Notes: generated from the letters alone by a model not told the origin. A DNA stretch of 64,000 bases from the human T2T-CHM13v2.0 reference genome, Homo sapiens (GCF_009914755.1 NC_060926.1); one strand, 5' to 3'; shown: positions 1 through 13,030, counted from the first letter of the stretch. Translations and numbers: made by a program.

Positions 1-420
1 TATTGATGTTAATAAATCTCAAAATCATGTTGCAGTAAAAGCAATCTGCAAAAACTGTACAATATACCAATTGCATAAATTGTGTGGACATACAAAACAA
101 TGCTGTATCTGTTGCCATTTATGGCTCTCTAAATAGGTAGTAGTAATATAAAATACTCATGTGAATATTAAGCACCAAATTTAGGGTAATGATTCCTTCT
201 AGGGAGGGAAGAAAAGAGAAGAATAGGATCTAGGAAAGAGAAACCAAGGGATTTTATTGTATTTTAAAATAAAATTGTAATATTTTACTTCATAAAACAT
301 CTGAAGCAAATGTAGCAAAATATTAAGATTTGCTGTACCTTGGTCAGATTCACAGAAGTTTATTGTGTTATTGTCTATAATTTTCTGTATTTTTGAAGTG
401 TCTCACAATATATTTAAATT
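1..420 (+). mobile_element. Old L1 (L1ME-like) 3' UTR fragment
   Basis: A-rich; aaatctcaaaatcatgttg and gaagcaaatgtagcaaaatattaagatttg motifs typical of L1ME 3' ends. Confidence 0.5.
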
Positions 421-472
421 GGGAGAGAGAAATCTATCATAGAAATGGAAGCCAAAAAAAAAAAAAAAAAGA

Positions 473-825
473 CTGTTTCAGATTGAATTCTCACTGAGAT
501 GGAGTTTTACATGCAGAATACTTGTCAGGGATCAACACCTGTGGAGGAGAGGGGAAGGGAAAGCAGGATTAGGCAAGGGAGAATTCCAAATCAGGCTGAC
601 AAAGCCTTGGCCAAGGCCAAAGGGAGCAAATCTGGGCCTGGTCTTTATTTTCTTATCTTGATCAGTGCCTGAATGCAAGCTTCTCAGAGGGTGTGCCCAT
701 GGGCAAGGGGACTGTCTGCAGCCGAGACACCCCTGAAGGAGCTGATGACCACAGGCCACCTGCTGGCAGATGGGACAGCCAGCCTTTCCTTGGGCTTCCT
801 TGGGCAGTGTAGCTCTGTCTACCAA
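473..825 (-). mobile_element. ERVL solo LTR fragment, LTR16-like
   Basis: gggatcaacacctgtgg...aagcaggattaggcaagggga and ctgcagccgagacacccctgaaggagctga resemble the recalled LTR16 consensus. Confidence 0.6.
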
Positions 826-1759
826 ATATGGCTCATCTGAAAGTGCAGCTTTATTTTCATCTATTCGCTTAACTCTCTCTCAAAGAATATTTATCAGTAT
901 ACTTACTTGAGAGGAAGGAAGTAAATACAAAGAAAAGCTTTGTAACACAGGTGAACAGATTCCATTTTCATAGTATATTAGTAGCCTTGACTTTCTAAAG
1001 TCGTGTGGTATTGTTTGCTAGGCTCTACGAGGAAATTTTCATACACTAAATCACTGACAAGTGCTTTTAACATTAACTTTTTTCTTCTCACAAAAGAACA
1101 AATATAAGCTCCCCCTATAATTAAGATTCCCAATTTGGGATACTGATTTAAGAACCATTCTTCACATTTTTTGTTTAGAGGATAAAATATAAGAATTTTT
1201 AACTTCATAGATGATGTCTCTGCATCATCATCTTAATGAGCGTTATTTTGGAAATTATTAGATGTGTTTTCATATGACGGCATAATACTGTCCTCATCAG
1301 TCAGTCAAAGAGGCCAGTGGAGACTGAATTATCAAATATTGATATCCCACTCATACATCTTGGTGCCATTCACATGTGCGTGTGTTCAACTTGTATTCTT
1401 AGGAGGAATAGTAATAGTTTTGCAAGAAAGCATATTTTTTCTTTGTAAACATTTACAGGTGTTAAGTCACTTTTACAAATTCAGTGCTTTATAGCTTCTT
1501 GATATTCTGCTTTTGGCACTTTAATGAAGTACTACTTGTGAGAAGTTGTGGGCACGTAATAGGTTGAATGGTTTTGATAAAAGTAGCCAGTGATGTTCAG
1601 TATTATGGGCTCTGCATCCAGTAGGGATATAATGTGGACTTAATTCAGTCCATAAGAATGTTAAAGGAATTGCCCTACTTTTAAATAAAAAGTGTAGCTA
1701 CATCATGCATGTATAGGCTTTCCTAGCAACTCAAGAACTGTAAATTGTTTCTGTGGGTA

Positions 1760-2270
1760 CGTCAATCAAAGTTTCTAGTTGTAAGATACAGAAACTAACA
1801 TGGCTAATTAAGCAGAAAAGGAATTCATTAAGGGATTATTAGTGAATTCCCACATTTGTTACAGGTACTGGAGAACAAGACTTGAGACTAAGATTCCAGG
1901 AACGGTGTCCAAATTTGTGCCACAATGTTGATCAGATAAAGAAACTATTGCTATAGCCACCAAACACACAGAATTGTGTATGGAGGTTGTTTCCATGTCA
2001 GGATCTTGACCTTGAGACCTAATGCAGGAAGCACAGCAAGAAGGCAATAGAGAGAGAAAACAAGTGTCCTCTTTGCTGGAGTCAGAGTCTCAGTGTCAGC
2101 ACCTGCATCACAACCTGGCATGAGTGTACCTTCTTGGCAGAGCCAAAGTCACCCGTTCTGCTTTTGAGGGAAGGAATTATGAGAAATTCCAACTTCTGCC
2201 TTCAAGCAGGAACTTTCCCAGCCATTTCCTTGAAAGGTTGTTTACAAGGTCACAGGCAGCCACAAACATG
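1760..2270. mobile_element. Ancient ERVL/MaLR-class LTR remnant
   Basis: Begins tcaaagtttctagttgtaagatacagaaactaacatggctaattaagcagaaaaggaattcatt, a known LTR-terminal pattern; a related copy lies at ~26437. Confidence 0.5.
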
Positions 2271-4072
2271 ATAAAAATTCATTCCTGTACAATGGAATTT
2301 GTTTCTATGAATGGAATTTTTTTTCTATGTTCTTATTTGCAATGTATCTTCATACCATACTGTACCTGATATGGTAACTTTTGCCCATCCCAAAATGAGG
2401 ACAGTACTCCAGCCCTCAATCCCTAGTAGCCACTGAACTCAGAGGACGAAGGTATTGTGATGGCTTGGGGAATATTTTGGGATTCCTGAGTAGTCTTTTC
2501 CTGGCCCAGCTTGATACAACCAGGCAGTCTTGTGGGAAAAGATGCATATAATGACAAGTGAGTAAATGAAGTGAACAAATAGAAGTCTATAACAAAAAAA
2601 AAAAAATGATGCTGTTTAAGAGCAAAGAAAGAGTAAGTGTGAGGTAAGCATAATAGTATTTTCAAATTGGTTATCTTAGCCTGGTACTGAATGCTGAACA
2701 ATTTATGTCTATCTAGTCTTTTGTTACTGAACATTTATTAAGAGCCTAGGAATTGTTAGGCAGAGGCAGGCATTGTCCCACTTACCGATTATGATCATAT
2801 TGTACAGCATTATTGAGCCAGCTATTATTCATCTAGGCCCTGTCCAATACTGCCACACCAGTTGGGATCATTAGGAAAGGATTCTCAGTATCAGAAGATG
2901 GTAAGGAGTTTAGGGACTGTTTCTTAAAAATTATTCCAAGAATAGCTTGTGGAATTTGCAGAGCCAGTACTGTCAAGCAATTACATGTTTGCCTGATTTC
3001 ACAGGGAGTTCATATACTTTTCAATTAAAATTTTTAATGGCAAACGAATGTATACATATAATCATAAATAATATTTTAGGTTGTTTTATTTCTGAATAGT
3101 TTCTAGATTTAATACTCATATGTCTGGTATTTTGAACTAGCAGTCATCAAATTAAACTACTTACAGTTCAGCATTTGCTTTGAATAGACTTGTGAGGAGA
3201 CAGTATGGCACAGGGGAGCTTGAGATGCTATTTGTGGCTTAAAACCTTTGGAATGTACTTGATCTTTAGATATTTTATAACATGACATGTTTTCTACTTA
3301 CTAAAATCCCATCAAGCTAACAATGAGAGAAATACAAATAAAGTTAAAACATCCTCTCCTTTCATAGAACTTGTTTGCCTTCACTTTGCAGCATAGATTC
3401 AAGAATATAATTTCTGTAGACTATCTTCCAGCTTTTGAATATATTTTAAATTCTATGTTATGGCTTAGTCTTTTTCACTTCTTGTGTTCCTTCTCTCCTT
3501 TGCACAGTGGCACATGATTGCTTTTGGACATAGCAAATTTTTGTTGGTTATATTATAGATAAATACGGCAAGACTTTTTCTGTGGCATTGGAATCATTTT
3601 TTTTCTTAATTAAAAGACTGTATATCAAACATGGTAAAGTGATTCTGATCACGGGGATTTATATTTTTTTAAACTATGCTGACATATAGTATAAGAAATA
3701 TAAAAACTAGCCATTGTTTGCTGTGTCTCTGATGTAGATACATTAAGTAAGGTCTCTGGAAGCCTTAACTTTAGTAAGGCACTGTAGCAGAAGTACTGTT
3801 TGAAGACCTCAGAACCAAAATCAGAAAAGGCAAATAAAGATCTACATGGTTTTTATGCCAAATAAAGGCTGATATTCTATTGCCTTTAGATTTGAAAAAG
3901 CTAGGAATCAATAGGTCATTTATTTCATCCAAAAATTGCATTTCACAAAGCCACACCATAGCTTTATGTTATGGGTACGTTCCTATGTTTCCTGTGACAT
4001 ACATTAATTCATATATCTGCCTGAGCAGCATACCTTGGCGCCTTATATGCCTTTTATTTTCTTGAATCACAG

Positions 4073-4185
4073 GAGCTTCAGTTTCAGCGACTCACCCGAG
4101 AACTGGAAGTGGAAAGGCAGATTGTTGCCAGTCAGCTAGAAAGATGTAGGCTTGGAGCAGAATCACCAAGCATCGCCAGCACCAG
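4073..4185 (+). CDS. PKP4: PKP4 coding exon (exon 3, 113 nt): [37 protein letters not shown](S), coiled-coil typical of the p120/delta-catenin subfamily
   Basis: Pyrimidine tract + cacag| acceptor (AG 4071-72); donor AG|gtacag at 4186; overlaps ORF 4109..4330. Confidence 0.96.
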
Positions 4186-6009
4186 GTACAGGGCCAATGG
4201 CTCCATCTTTATGCACACTCAAGTTACATGCCTTACTAGGTTGTTCTCTATGCAGCAAAAGATTCTGTTAGTGTTGTTACTGTTAACTTGCCTTCCAGAA
4301 TTTGAAACCAAAAATGTCCATTTATTCTAATTTTGAGAAGCCTCTTGCAATCCCTCAGTCCTGTGCTTGAAATGTTTTCTATAGCATTGGCAAGCTTCTG
4401 TAGCAAAAGCTACTGTGCTGCCTTCAGATTCCTCATATGTACACACAGTTAATGGGTGTTGTCGTGATTAATTGCTAATTATTTGGTAAAGTTAATTGGC
4501 TGGTGCTTTGAACACCTGGTATTGATTTTTTTAAAACTAAGAAATATTTCTAAATAAGATTGCATTAACTTTAAAAATGTCTTCAATTTACTTTGGGTTT
4601 TTCTAGAACTCTATGAATCTACCACACAAACTAATTACTATATGGAATAATTTACTGTACTCACATACAGTAAATACTAAATGAGTGCATTACTGTAAAA
4701 ACATAATCATGATTGTTATTTTTTATTTAAGTACCTCTTATGCTATTTAAAAGCATAATTCCTGTAAAAATTACATGTTCCAAATAGTTGAATCACTGCT
4801 TATCCTATCTATAGATTTCTTTCTTAATAATTACATATTTCTGTAAAGCCTACTGTAAAATGCTTTCATTGCTTGCAGTTTTAAGTTTGATCTGCTTACA
4901 CTTAGGTAGACATGCCTGCAATAACTTTTCTCTCAGTTATTTCTAACCTCATAATTATTCTACTTTTCAGTATCTTGTGTTACTCATGGGCAAAAAAACT
5001 TCTTAGTGAATAGAATTCTGTCTGTTGTTTCTGATTGTTGGTATGAACATTAAACTATTGGGCTGGTAAGTTGTAGTAATATGAATTTTTCATCTCTCTT
5101 AACAGTTGTGTATATTGATATGTTTGGTAAGGCATAAAGTATATAAATAAAGGTCGTCAAAACTTTTACAAAACAAATATAAGATTATGTAATTATTTTA
5201 TAAATATCCAGGAAGGTTTTTATAGAAAGAGAATTATAAGCAAGGTATAAAATAATAAATTAGAAATTTCTAACTCAGACTTTGCAATACCCAATGAAAT
5301 AATTCGTTAAGGAAGTTAAAACTGTGAAAACAAAAATTAGCTTTAATTCTCTATAATATTTTTTAGAAATTATCCGTATCTTTAGCACCAAAAAGAACAA
5401 CTCACAAACTCAATAATATGGTATTATATATTTCTAAAAGGTATGAACCAACTGGTTTTGTTTTTCTAACCAGAATTATATTTTAATAGAAAAGTAATTC
5501 AACATTTAACAGAATTCTGTTAGTACTTCTTATTCTGGCAATATTACTAACTAAATTAAAATAGAAATTCTCTTGATAAACTCCTAGTAATACTTGGTAT
5601 ATCAATAATAAAGACCAATACCTAGAGGAAATGGCACAAGAGGAGGGAAAATCCCCAGATATTGAAACTAGAAAGAGCACTGAAAACCAGAGCCAGAAGC
5701 TTGAGCTACCTCTGTAGGAGATGTGAGAACAGTTGTCAAACCTCAAAGTAAGCACTAGAGGTGGATTTTATACCCATAGAGGAGCTAAAGAATGAAGTTT
5801 TGTGTGTGCTCAAGATGGTATGTTTGAACTTAACATCACTGCACTAAGCCATGTCCTTTAAAGGACCCCATGATTAGCAAACCCCAGGCTTCTATCATAT
5901 GTGGGTTTGGAGCCCAAATGTAACTATCCACATTGCTCAGGAGTCCCCAGTGAGAAAATGGCACCACTAAAGATGAGCTCACAGTGAGATAGTATAAAAC
6001 ACAAATTTA

Positions 6010-6210
6010 TGAGTGACATCAGCAAGATGACAGAATAGGACTTGTCAGTGCCCATCCTCTCACAGAAACTTCAATTTGAACAACCATTCACACACACAAA
6101 TACCTTCACTAGAGCTAAGGAATCCAGACGAGAGATTACAGCACCTGAATGTAGCACAGAAATAAGAAAAGATGTATTGAAGAGGGTAGGAAGGACAGTT
6201 TCACACTGTG
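6010..6210 (+). mobile_element. L1M 5' UTR fragment
   Basis: gagtgacatcagcaagatgacagaatagga start and gaagagggtaggaaggacagtttcac resemble old L1M 5' ends. Confidence 0.55.
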
Positions 6211-6399
6211 CTTTGTTCGTCATGTATTTCCGAATTAGTTCTGATTTTGTAAAAAAAAAAAAAAAGCATTGAATTACATATCATAAAAAAACTTGACCAT
6301 GAGTGAGAGAATCAGTGAGCAAAAGAGTAGGGTTTCACAGTCCAAGAACTGGATACCATTGGAGGAAGTCTGACAGGTGTGCACAGTAAAACAGATACA

Positions 6400-6980
6400 A
6401 AGCATGCTCATTGCAGCATCATTTGCAAAAGTAAAAAATTACAAAGAACATACTTATTCCTTAGAATGGAAATGGAAAATAAACTGTTAATAGGTACACT
6501 CTAAAGCAGTTAAAATGAAACTCTAGAGCAGTTAAAATGAAATAACTAGATCTACATGTATCAACATGGACATGTTTGCAAAACAGACTTGAAAAGCTGT
6601 AAGTTGCAGAAGAATAGCTGTAGGAGGATATAATCTATGAGCAATTTAAAATATATATATATAGCTATATATATATTGCTATATAGATAGCAATACTGCA
6701 TAATAATTAAATAGTACTTGGTATTGTTTGTCAGTGTGTGCATGTGGAGTAAAATTATAAAATATTTTGGAATGACACCAATTTAAGATAGTGGAACCTC
6801 TAGAAAGGAAGAAAGGAGGACGATACTAGGAATTAGGCTTTTGCAGAATCTGTAGCATTTTATTCAAGAGCCATCTGGAGCAAATATAACAAAATGTTAA
6901 CAACTGTTAAATGAGGGAGTGGTTGATATATGCATGGCTATTAGATTATGTTCTGGACTTGTGAATTTTAAAATGTTAAA
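6400..6980 (+). mobile_element. Old L1 (L1ME-like) 3' fragment containing a 22-bp tandem duplication (6499-6542)
   Basis: atgctcattgcagcatcatttgcaaaagtaaaaaatt...actagatctacatgtatcaacatgga. Confidence 0.55.
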
Positions 6981-9900
6981 TAATTTTAAGGCTATGTCGT
7001 TCATTGGCTGGTTCCATATGTTTTTTTAAAATCTCTAAGTAAAGTACATATTGTGGGTAGTAGTTTCTGTCAGTGACTTTTTTTGTGGTTCCTGTCTGGT
7101 TCTCAGTGCCTGGCATTTGTGCCTGGCAAGTGACTGTGGCACCACCAGTGAATGTCGGGTGAATGAATGGGTCATGCAGAAATGGGAGTGGGGTTGACCA
7201 GGGAAAGGAGGAAAATGTGCACAAATGCATATATGGCCCCACAAACAGTTGTCCCGAGCAGTAAGAGGCTCAGTGTCTAGGATATGTCCTAAAAGGACCT
7301 ACTGGCTTATGAAATTGGAAAGGTGAAGCTGGCATTTAATTGTGAAGAACTTTATTAGATCTTTAAAGGAGACCAACTGAAAGTTGTTATTGGTGGTGGT
7401 GATGGTGATTAGAAGTTTTCCTTTTTTGAGAGTGCAGTGTGTAAAACAGAATAAAGAGGCCAGGCAGCCAGATAGGAATCTATTATGAAATTTTAAGGGT
7501 TATGAGTAAGGTGGGTTTCTTCATTCAGTGATCTCTGAGCTGTGGTTGGAATGGTAATTGATCTACTTGGATTGCCCTACTTTCTTCTCATGTTGAATTC
7601 CCATGTATTCTTGATGTCCCAACTAAATGCTTACCCTTCTTTACAACCTTTCTCAAGTTTCTCAGGAAAAGTCACCTCCCTCATCTGAATTCCCATCACT
7701 GTTTCCCTGTGCATGTTAGCTGCTCAACAGGTAGTAAGGCTCATTCCACCCCCATGGCCCTGGCACAGAGCCTGGCGCTCAGCAAGTGGGCACCCAGCCA
7801 AATGATCATTGAATGGATAATGAACCTTAAGTCCAGGATGCTTCGGGCACATCATGTAAAGGTGCTTTGCCATTAGGGGAGCTAAAGTTTTTTATTGTGT
7901 CACTTGAGAGATCCCCCTTGCATCTCCAGTGTGTTTCAATTGTCAGTCTTGGAACCAGAATCTAAGTGATACAGAGAAGAACAGAAATTAGCTCTTAGAC
8001 CCAGGCCCCCTTTCCGGTATGCCATTTCCGATTTGCTAAAAAATAACAATTAAAAGTGGAATTGTTGCTTTGGGCCATCAAGCTTCTGTTTGATTCAGTT
8101 CGTTCTTGCATGAAATGAGTTTAATCAGCAAACTGGGGGATTTGATCACCAGTTACCTTTCATACTGTTTGATTTGGATCCTGTGGCAGAGTTGGTAAGG
8201 TGATCTGTAAGATTTTCTTACTTTTCCTGGTCCAAAGATGACACTAATGACTCAAAGGAAAACGAAAAGCATTTGTTTTTATTTACCTTTTCACCCATCC
8301 AAAGTTTTTGTCATTATTGGCCTCACCCTGTGAAGAAGGACGTGGCAGTGGCATGAGGTTCTGTTTAATACCTGTTTAATGACGCTTATGCTGTGATAAA
8401 CAAACTGTGGAATCCTCTTCCCTGAATGGGTGGCTCTAATAGTGAGTAGTTCGGTTCCCTCACACTTGTAGGATCAAAGATTCATTTTTAACCCATGCCA
8501 GAAGATGTTTCCATTTTATAGGTAGAAACTAGTCCTCTGCATATATTTCCACCTATCAGGAAATGTCCCAAAAAGGTGAACTGCATAATAATCATTGGCA
8601 GTTTATTTGCAGTATGCCTTCTTGAGAACATTTTGAAAATCTTAAGATAAAATTCCTTAGTTTTTCTATTAATGACTCTTTAGAATTAGTAGTCTTCCAA
8701 ACAAGGTAAAAACCTCATTTCTGATGACTTTTCCATTGGTTTTATTTACTTCTTAAAAATTAATAAAACTAGCACTATCAATATATTATAATGAACTTTC
8801 ATCTGGAGTTGATGAAGTCTGTATCAAGAGATGATATATCAGACCAGAAATAATCGCTGCAACCTTGAAAAGCCCTGAAGGTGGGTTATGGCCTCATTTA
8901 ATAGAGCAGTTGTAGCCTTTCTTCATTTGTACCAAGTACACTAAAGTTATCTATGCAGGTAATATTATCTGTGTATTTAATATTTTACTCATTGAAGTTT
9001 GGTTTTGGAATGAATTAATAAAGAAGTTATGGTTTGTCTGCATTTATATTGAGTAGCATATAGTTATATTTCACCTCATTGAAAGGAACCAGTTAATTAG
9101 GGAAGAAAAAACTTTTCTGCATTTGTTCTGAATATGCTATAGTTACTTATGCATTCAATATTTCACCTCATCCAAAAGTATTTGAAACACCTTTCAAAAT
9201 ACAAAAATTAAAAGTTGGGAAATTAGGGCAAAAAGAAGATAAAATTTAGAAAAATAAGATGAAGCCAAGTTTAAACTAGTACACAAAATGTGTGTTGTAA
9301 CCTTCCATGCCACATTCACTCTGAGTGACCTAATAGCCATGGTAAAGACAAAAACGCTAATGAATTCCACAATTCATGTGTCTGTAAGAGAAAAACAAAC
9401 TAGGTTGCTCAGGAAGATCCACCATTCCTGGGGCTGAGGCTTAAGTGGTTTCTCCCGTGTGTCCCCATTAACATACTGCTGTATGATGAGGCAAGCAGTG
9501 TCCTCAGTGGTCTCTTTCCAGTAAATTACAAAAACAAGCTCATAGGGCTCTTTCTTCCATTGTTAAATGGAATATAAATGGATGGAATAGCACCTTAACT
9601 AAGAGTAATTTTCCACGGGGCCAAGTCTGACACTACAGCTTGGCTCCAGGATAATACTTAGCATATGTAGATGGATGAATCAATTTTAGGTCCACTAAGC
9701 AGGCAGCCTACCATGACTATTTCTGTCTGTAGAGCCTTTTAGAGTCATGGATGGCAATGAGTGCTGAGATGTGAGATGGCTTGTGTTGCTTGTCATTGTG
9801 CAGGTGCATAGTGTATACATCTTAGCAACAGAAATGACTCCCAGGGGATGCTGGGGTATGTACAGCTCATCTCAGGAAATCTCACAGCATAGAATCTTCA

Positions 9901-10642
9901 GAGGGAAATATGTCCTTTAAGTCTCATGTCTCCCACGGGCTAAGCAACATCCTTCAAATCCAACTTTTGATGAGCATGGGACTTGTTCTTTTATTCCCTG
10001 CAATATCATTGATGGGGTATCATTTTCACATTAGTTGGGTTGAGATTTCACTGGATACAGTGAGAGTAAAAGGGTCCAATAGCCCACATTGCAGGGCCCA
10101 CTTGGATTCTGTACCTATCTACTCCTCCCTGGGACTTCCCCTTATGCCTCCACTCCAAGGACACTGAAGCAGGCAATGGTGTAGATAAGACTGTATTCTT
10201 ACTCTGTATTTTATTGATTGTGGAGTTAAATGACATTCCTTTTAGACAAGTTGTAAAGTTCAGGAAAGTATAAAGAGAAAAATTCCTGAATCTACCATTC
10301 AGAGATAACTACTATACATTTTAAGTCAACTTTATTGAAGTGTGATTCACTTACCGTAAAATTCAACCCTTTGTAGTGTAGTTTTACAATCCTTTACTAG
10401 CACTTTTGGTATACAGTTGTGTGACGACCACCACCACTACAGCTGACATATAGAACATTTTCATGAACCCCCCTAAAAAGAGGCAACCACTTTTAAAAGT
10501 TTGCTGTATTTCTTTCTCTTAAAAAAATTTATTTTTTAATTTAATTTTGAGGTAATTCCCCACAGGTGACTTTTTATCTTGTTCCTAAAGTCCCACTTTG
10601 GTATGCCAGGGTATTCTTTAAACAATCTTTTTTTAATGTTTT

Positions 10643-11090
10643 GTTTGTTTGTTTCTTATATTTTTATATTTTCTGATTTTTTTTAATAAACCTTTGTGTC
10701 GAGGGCAGACTTTCAATAGATCACAGCGAGGGAGCTGCTCCACTACATACGAAATCCAACCCAGAAACAGGTCGTCTACAAATGGTTTAGCGCCAGGTTC
10801 CCAACAAGCGTTACATGACGGGTAAGGGGGAAGCCGCCTTTCTGGCCGCATTCCGTTTCCCAGGACCAGGGGCTCTCTGCACTGGGGTCCCAGCGCACGT
10901 CCAAGTGGCCTGCTGGCGGGGACCCAGTGATTCGAGGCCAACTGAGGCTCCGGCTCCGAGGCCAACCGAGGGTCTGTGGCCCTGCTGTATGGTTCTGCCT
11001 GGGCGGTATTCTGACTTAGAGGTGTTTAGTCATAATCCCACAGATGGCAGCTTTGCCCCATTGGCTCCTCAGCCAAGCACGTACACCAAA
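10643..11090 (-). pseudogene. Retroposed 3'-terminal ~400 nt of 28S (LSU) rRNA with degenerate poly(A) tail (SINE28-like rRNA pseudogene)
   Basis: Plus strand aaacctttgtgtcgagggcagactttcaatagatc...gtcgtctacaaatggtttagcgccaggttccc...ctgacttagaggtgtttagtcataatcccacagatgg...ccattggctcctcagccaagcacgtacaccaaa is the reverse complement of the recalled human 28S 3' end; T-rich tract 10628-10684 abuts the mature 3' end; near-TSD tttaatgtttt (10632-42) / tttaatggttt (11091-101). Confidence 0.92.
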
Positions 11091-11345
11091 TTTAATGGTT
11101 TCCACGTGCCAGCGGAATTCCCAAGTGCTGAATACCTTGGGGCCTAGGGATGCTAACTTAGTAGGTTAGGGACCAGTGCAGCCTTCCAATGGCAAGCGCA
11201 TTCTAGTGGAAGACTCGGCCAGGAGAAATACTGCAAGATAAATTCACCGTTCCAGTAGGCATTGTACGATCTGTGTTCACATTTCACGCAAGCAGAGAAG
11301 TTACACTAGTGGTTCAGCTTCTTGTGTAGCAAAACTGGAAGGATA

Positions 11346-11481
11346 GGCCAGGCACAGTGGCTCATGCCTTTAGTCCTAGCACTTTGGGAGTCCTAAGCAG
11401 GAGGATCACTTGAGGCCAGGAGTTTGAAACTAGCCTGGCCAACATAGTGAGACCCTGTCTCTACAAAAAATTTAAACAATA
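11346..11481 (+). mobile_element. Free left Alu monomer (FLAM_C-like)
   Basis: Single monomer ggccaggcacagtggctcatgcc...gagaccctgtctctacaaaaaa; TSD aaaactggaaggat (11331-44) / aaaactagaaggat (11482-95). Confidence 0.85.
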
Positions 11482-12564
11482 AAAACTAGAAGGATTAAAA
11501 GTATATAGTTAGAATTGAAGATTTCATAAATGAAATATGATCATCTTAGAATTCTAGAAACTATCCCTGAAATTTTATAGTAAAGAATTTCAAAACTATA
11601 ACTGTTCTTGACAACAGACTTGGAATGTTACTATTTCCCAGAAACTCATCTTGGTTATCTATTCTTTGTTTTTTATTTACTTCTCGATAAATTGTAAACA
11701 GTGAAAGAGAAAGTTTATTTCTTTGTACATCATAAATTGGTTCCAAGTATTTGATTTTACAAATCGTAGTTTGTCTCCTGACTAAAACAAAGCCCTAAGT
11801 TTTTATTTATATTGAAGTAAAAAATATATATTTAAAAATTGGGCCTTTTAATAATTGTAGAAAACATTAATGGCAACTTTTGGAAGTAAAGCACAGTTTA
11901 GATTTTCATTTTCGCTTTTTGCAAATGATTTTGAAATTTGATTATCCTGTTCAGAAGCATTTGGTCCCTTCACATTGTTCATTCTTTGGCTGGCTGCTGC
12001 TGGTATTAGGAAAATGGGTGGCAATGTTGAAGTTAAATAACTTCAAAGTCTTCCCAAGATTATCTCCCCTTTTTCAGTTAGTTTAAAGCCCTGCTAAAAT
12101 AGAATTCTTTCTGATTTCAAAAAGGTCATACAGTTTTGACAAATAGTGTTCTTACTACCACTTAAGAAAAGAACTGGTTTATTTTAATGAAAAGATTTGA
12201 TTCCCCACTGCCATTCAGATTTTTTATTTTTTACACTTGATCGAGTCATCTGCAGATGCCCATCAGGTTTCGATTGATATTACTAAAAATCCTAAAAATG
12301 TTTTAGAGCTGACAGCAGCATAAAAGACCTTTTTGTGGTTCAAATCTTTTCTTCAGTGAATATTTTTAAGTCAATGAGAAATCAACCTCTTCAAATAATG
12401 TATTCTTTAGAAAATGAAGAATCTTTGAATAGATTGAATGTTTGTGCTTTAACAGTTTATTACTTATTTAATATACCACTTCAGGAGGATGTTTGAGAAA
12501 GCTCTGTCCCTTTGACCTTCAGTGCTCTCACCAGGCAAAACCTGAGAGTGCTTTTTATAAAATA

Positions 12565-13030
12565 ACTATTTTATTGGGATACATTTCACATACCATAAAA
12601 TCCATACTTTTGAAGTGTACAATTCAGTGTTTTTAAGTATATTCAGAGTTGTGCAACCATCACCACTACTTAATTTTAAAACATTTTTATCATTCCAAAA
12701 AAAAAAAAAAAAACCCTCTAGCCTCCCCCTTTTTTCCTTTTCCCTGTCCTCAGAGAACCACACTAATCTACACTCTGTATCTATGGATTTGCCTATTCTC
12801 AACATTTCTAATAAATTATATCATTACAATTTGTGGTCTTTTGTGTCTGGCATTTTTCACTTTGCATGAAATTTTCAAGGTTCCTCCATGTTGTGGCATG
12901 TATTGGTACTTCATCTTTTTTTATTTCCAAATAATATTCCATCATGTAGATATGCCACATTTTATTTATTAGGCATCAGTTGTACATTTGGGTTGTTTTC
13001 ACTTTTTGGCTCTTATGAATAGTGCTGCTG
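12565..13030 (-). mobile_element. L1MB-like 3' end
   Basis: ttttattgggatacatttcacataccataaaat...agttgtgcaaccatcaccact...ctatggatttgcctattct...ttgggttgttttcactttttggct. Confidence 0.8.

Noticed and set aside
4650-4675. 10-bp stem hairpin atttactgta-ctcaca-tacagtaaat
   Set aside because: AT-rich and too short for a miRNA or MITE; plausible by chance in 64 kb
6650-6695. AT palindromes around agct
   Set aside because: Low-complexity (TA)n by-product inside an old L1
10633-11147. Two 110-aa ORFs (10633..10965 -, 10815..11147 +)
   Set aside because: Chance ORFs in GC-rich rRNA-derived sequence
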